Below, piece by piece: positions 14,149-15,748 of a stretch of 15,748 nt of DNA. The stretch is taken from IMG/VR virus record IMGVR_UViG_2651869748_000011; one strand, written 5' to 3'. The position numbers and the translations under genes were made by a program. This stretch comes from a virus (lineage: Duplodnaviria; Heunggongvirae; Uroviricota; Caudoviricetes). The notes beneath the pieces are model-generated. The model did not search any database and had not been told where the DNA came from. It saw only the letters and a program-made list of their open reading frames with translations. Each line of letters starts with the position of its first letter. Positions within the stretch are counted from its first letter, which is position 1.

Positions 14149-15748
14149 TTACTCCAGTCTCCTTATAAACATCAGCCATCACATTAACCAATCTATCTAC
14201 CTCGACTTCTTTCGCATACCTGTCATAGGTAATCGACCCTGAGCTATGACCCATAATCGCCTGAGCATACGCTAACCCGACCCCATGTTGTTTTAACTGG
14301 GTCGCCACTGTATGTCTGAATGAGTGGAACGCTAAGCCGCTACGGTCAGCGAGGACTTTAGGTAGCAACGTTCTGTTAAACCATTTGCTCACCTGCTCAC
14401 CGTAGCCGTTCTTCATCAGCTTGAGGCCATCGAATACCATAGCATTATCACCCTTAGCCTTTCTACGGTCTTCCACGAGTGACATAAAGTCAGCCAATAA
14501 AAAACCATAAGCACCATCTACCAACGGGACACAGCGGTCACTATGGGCGTTCTTGATGCTCTTACCCGGTAGGCTGCTATCGTCTTCGTTGATATGGATA
14601 TACACGGTCCCGGCCTCAGTGGTCCTGACGTCTTTGACCTGAAGCTGAGCCACCTCATTAAGTCTTGCTCCAGTGATTGCCGCCAGAGCAGTGACGTAAT
14701 AGTGGTAGGGCTTACCTGAGGTCTTCTGAGAGTACGCTTTAGCGGCGACCAGTAGTTGCCCTACCTGCTCAGGACTGAACGCATCACGAGCGTCGGAGGC
14801 TTTACGCTGCGGGACTTTCAGCTCAAGACCTTCGGTCAGGTTCTTAGCTATCAAGTCGTTGCGTACCGCCCACTTAAACACAGCAGCCATCTTGATAAGA
14901 TATTTATTGTTGATGGTAACGACATCCAAACAGTCAGTCTTAGACTCCCGGTTCAGCAGGTCAGACAGCGGCATAGACTTAAAGCGTTGCTTGCGGTTCT
15001 TCGGTATCTGCTGGAGGACTTCACGGACCCTGAGCATATCTGAACGGGTCGCCTTGCTGACATCCTGAATATCCAGATAGTCGAATATCTCGATTAACGT
15101 AGAGTGAGACGCTCGGTTCTCGCTTAGGGTCGCTGGCTTCCAGTTCTGAGCGTTCTCCTGCTCGTACTGCTCAATGAGAGACGCGAGGGTCAGTGCTTTA
15201 GGCTCGGGGACTTCAGGCTCTGCCAATACAGATAGGGAGACGGACGGTCTTAGACTGCCAGTCTCAGGCTCAAGGTAAGACAACAGGCCAGAGGTATCGC
15301 CTTTGAGTCTATCCTGACACGCTTTAAGCACACCGATAACGTCATTGATATAGCGATGCTGGTCTACAGTCAGATGCTCAGTCGCTACAGCTTCCCGAAG
15401 GTTGGACTTGATGTCATCGTACTGGTCAACGTAGAGCTGGTAGGACTCAGGGTCGTTCAGGTCATCGCGGCTGACACTAAGTTCCCACTCGACAATGGTC
15501 TTCAGGTGTTCCCGTAGCTCCTCATAAGAGGCGTTAGGGTTGTCTGCGTGGATTGCTTTAAGTGCTGACTTGATGTGCCGTGAGTGAGCCATAGCGGTAC
15601 GTCTATCCTTGGTCCGTAAAGATACTGACGCTAGTTTATAACGGTTGTGAGAAGGAAGCGAAGCGGTCAGGCGACTAGTGGTCTTCATCCTAAGACGGAT
15701 GTAAAAGACACCGTTACGCTGATAAAGGTAGGTTCTTGAATTGAGCAT
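14141..15748 (-). CDS. Tyrosine recombinase / integrase with a long N-terminal extension (535 aa); the ATG is at the window edge
   Basis: The C-terminal catalytic motifs are present: [13 protein letters not shown] (Arg I), [13 protein letters not shown] (H-x-x-R) and [15 protein letters not shown] (His, Tyr nucleophile). The start codon occupies the last three bases of the window, so the true N-terminus could lie further upstream. Confidence 0.9.
   Translation of the reverse strand: MLNSRTYLYQRNGVFYIRLRMKTTSRLTASLPSHNRYKLASVSLRTKDRRTAMAHSRHIKSALKAIHADNPNASYEELREHLKTIVEWELSVSRDDLNDPESYQLYVDQYDDIKSNLREAVATEHLTVDQHRYINDVIGVLKACQDRLKGDTSGLLSYLEPETGSLRPSVSLSVLAEPEVPEPKALTLASLIEQYEQENAQNWKPATLSENRASHSTLIEIFDYLDIQDVSKATRSDMLRVREVLQQIPKNRKQRFKSMPLSDLLNRESKTDCLDVVTINNKYLIKMAAVFKWAVRNDLIAKNLTEGLELKVPQRKASDARDAFSPEQVGQLLVAAKAYSQKTSGKPYHYYVTALAAITGARLNEVAQLQVKDVRTTEAGTVYIHINEDDSSLPGKSIKNAHSDRCVPLVDGAYGFLLADFMSLVEDRRKAKGDNAMVFDGLKLMKNGYGEQVSKWFNRTLLPKVLADRSGLAFHSFRHTVATQLKQHGVGLAYAQAIMGHSSGSITYDRYAKEVEVDRLVNVMADVYKETGVNG

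Noticed and set aside
14538-14553. A plus-strand GGTCACTATGGGCG inside the integrase gene that resembles TCACTATAGGG.
   Set aside because: It is a partial match of 10-11 nt inside a coding region. It has no upstream specificity element and is on the opposite strand to the other elements.

Overview
The window holds three juxtaposed modules. (1) 1-9055 is a defective lambdoid prophage. The rightward (PR) operon lies on the minus strand: cro(434), cII, O with ori iterons, P, ren, tR2, the nin region, and a truncated Q. The immunity region is that of phage 434 (cI, cro, OR1-3, OL1-3). The start of the PL operon lies on the plus strand (nutL, N, sieB antisense, orf28, ral). Q stops after 81 codons and the PL operon is cut just after ral, so the prophage looks cryptic. 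(2) 9056-11483 holds two diverged IS629-like (IS3 family) elements. One is a complete 1310-bp copy. It abuts a second copy that lacks its first 192 bp, and no target duplication flanks the pair. (3) 11484-15748 is an unrelated integrase island, mostly on the minus strand: a 535-aa tyrosine recombinase, a Zn-ribbon/DUF4145 protein, about 800 bp with almost no coding capacity, a KilA-N protein, small ORFs and a convergent small membrane protein. The most unusual signal is in this island. Two minus-strand sequences look like promoters for a T7-family single-subunit phage RNA polymerase. One is a near-perfect match (ACTAAACTATCACTATAGGGAGA), and its specificity block is, as I recall, that of K1F-type phages. 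No phage RNAP gene is present in the window. I interpret this as either a chromosomal cassette wired to be transcribed by an infecting T7-like phage's polymerase (defence or satellite logic), or the integrase-proximal end of an integrated T7-like element cut off by IS629. All protein identifications come from reading the translations and from memory of lambda, 434 and IS629 sequences. No database search was run.
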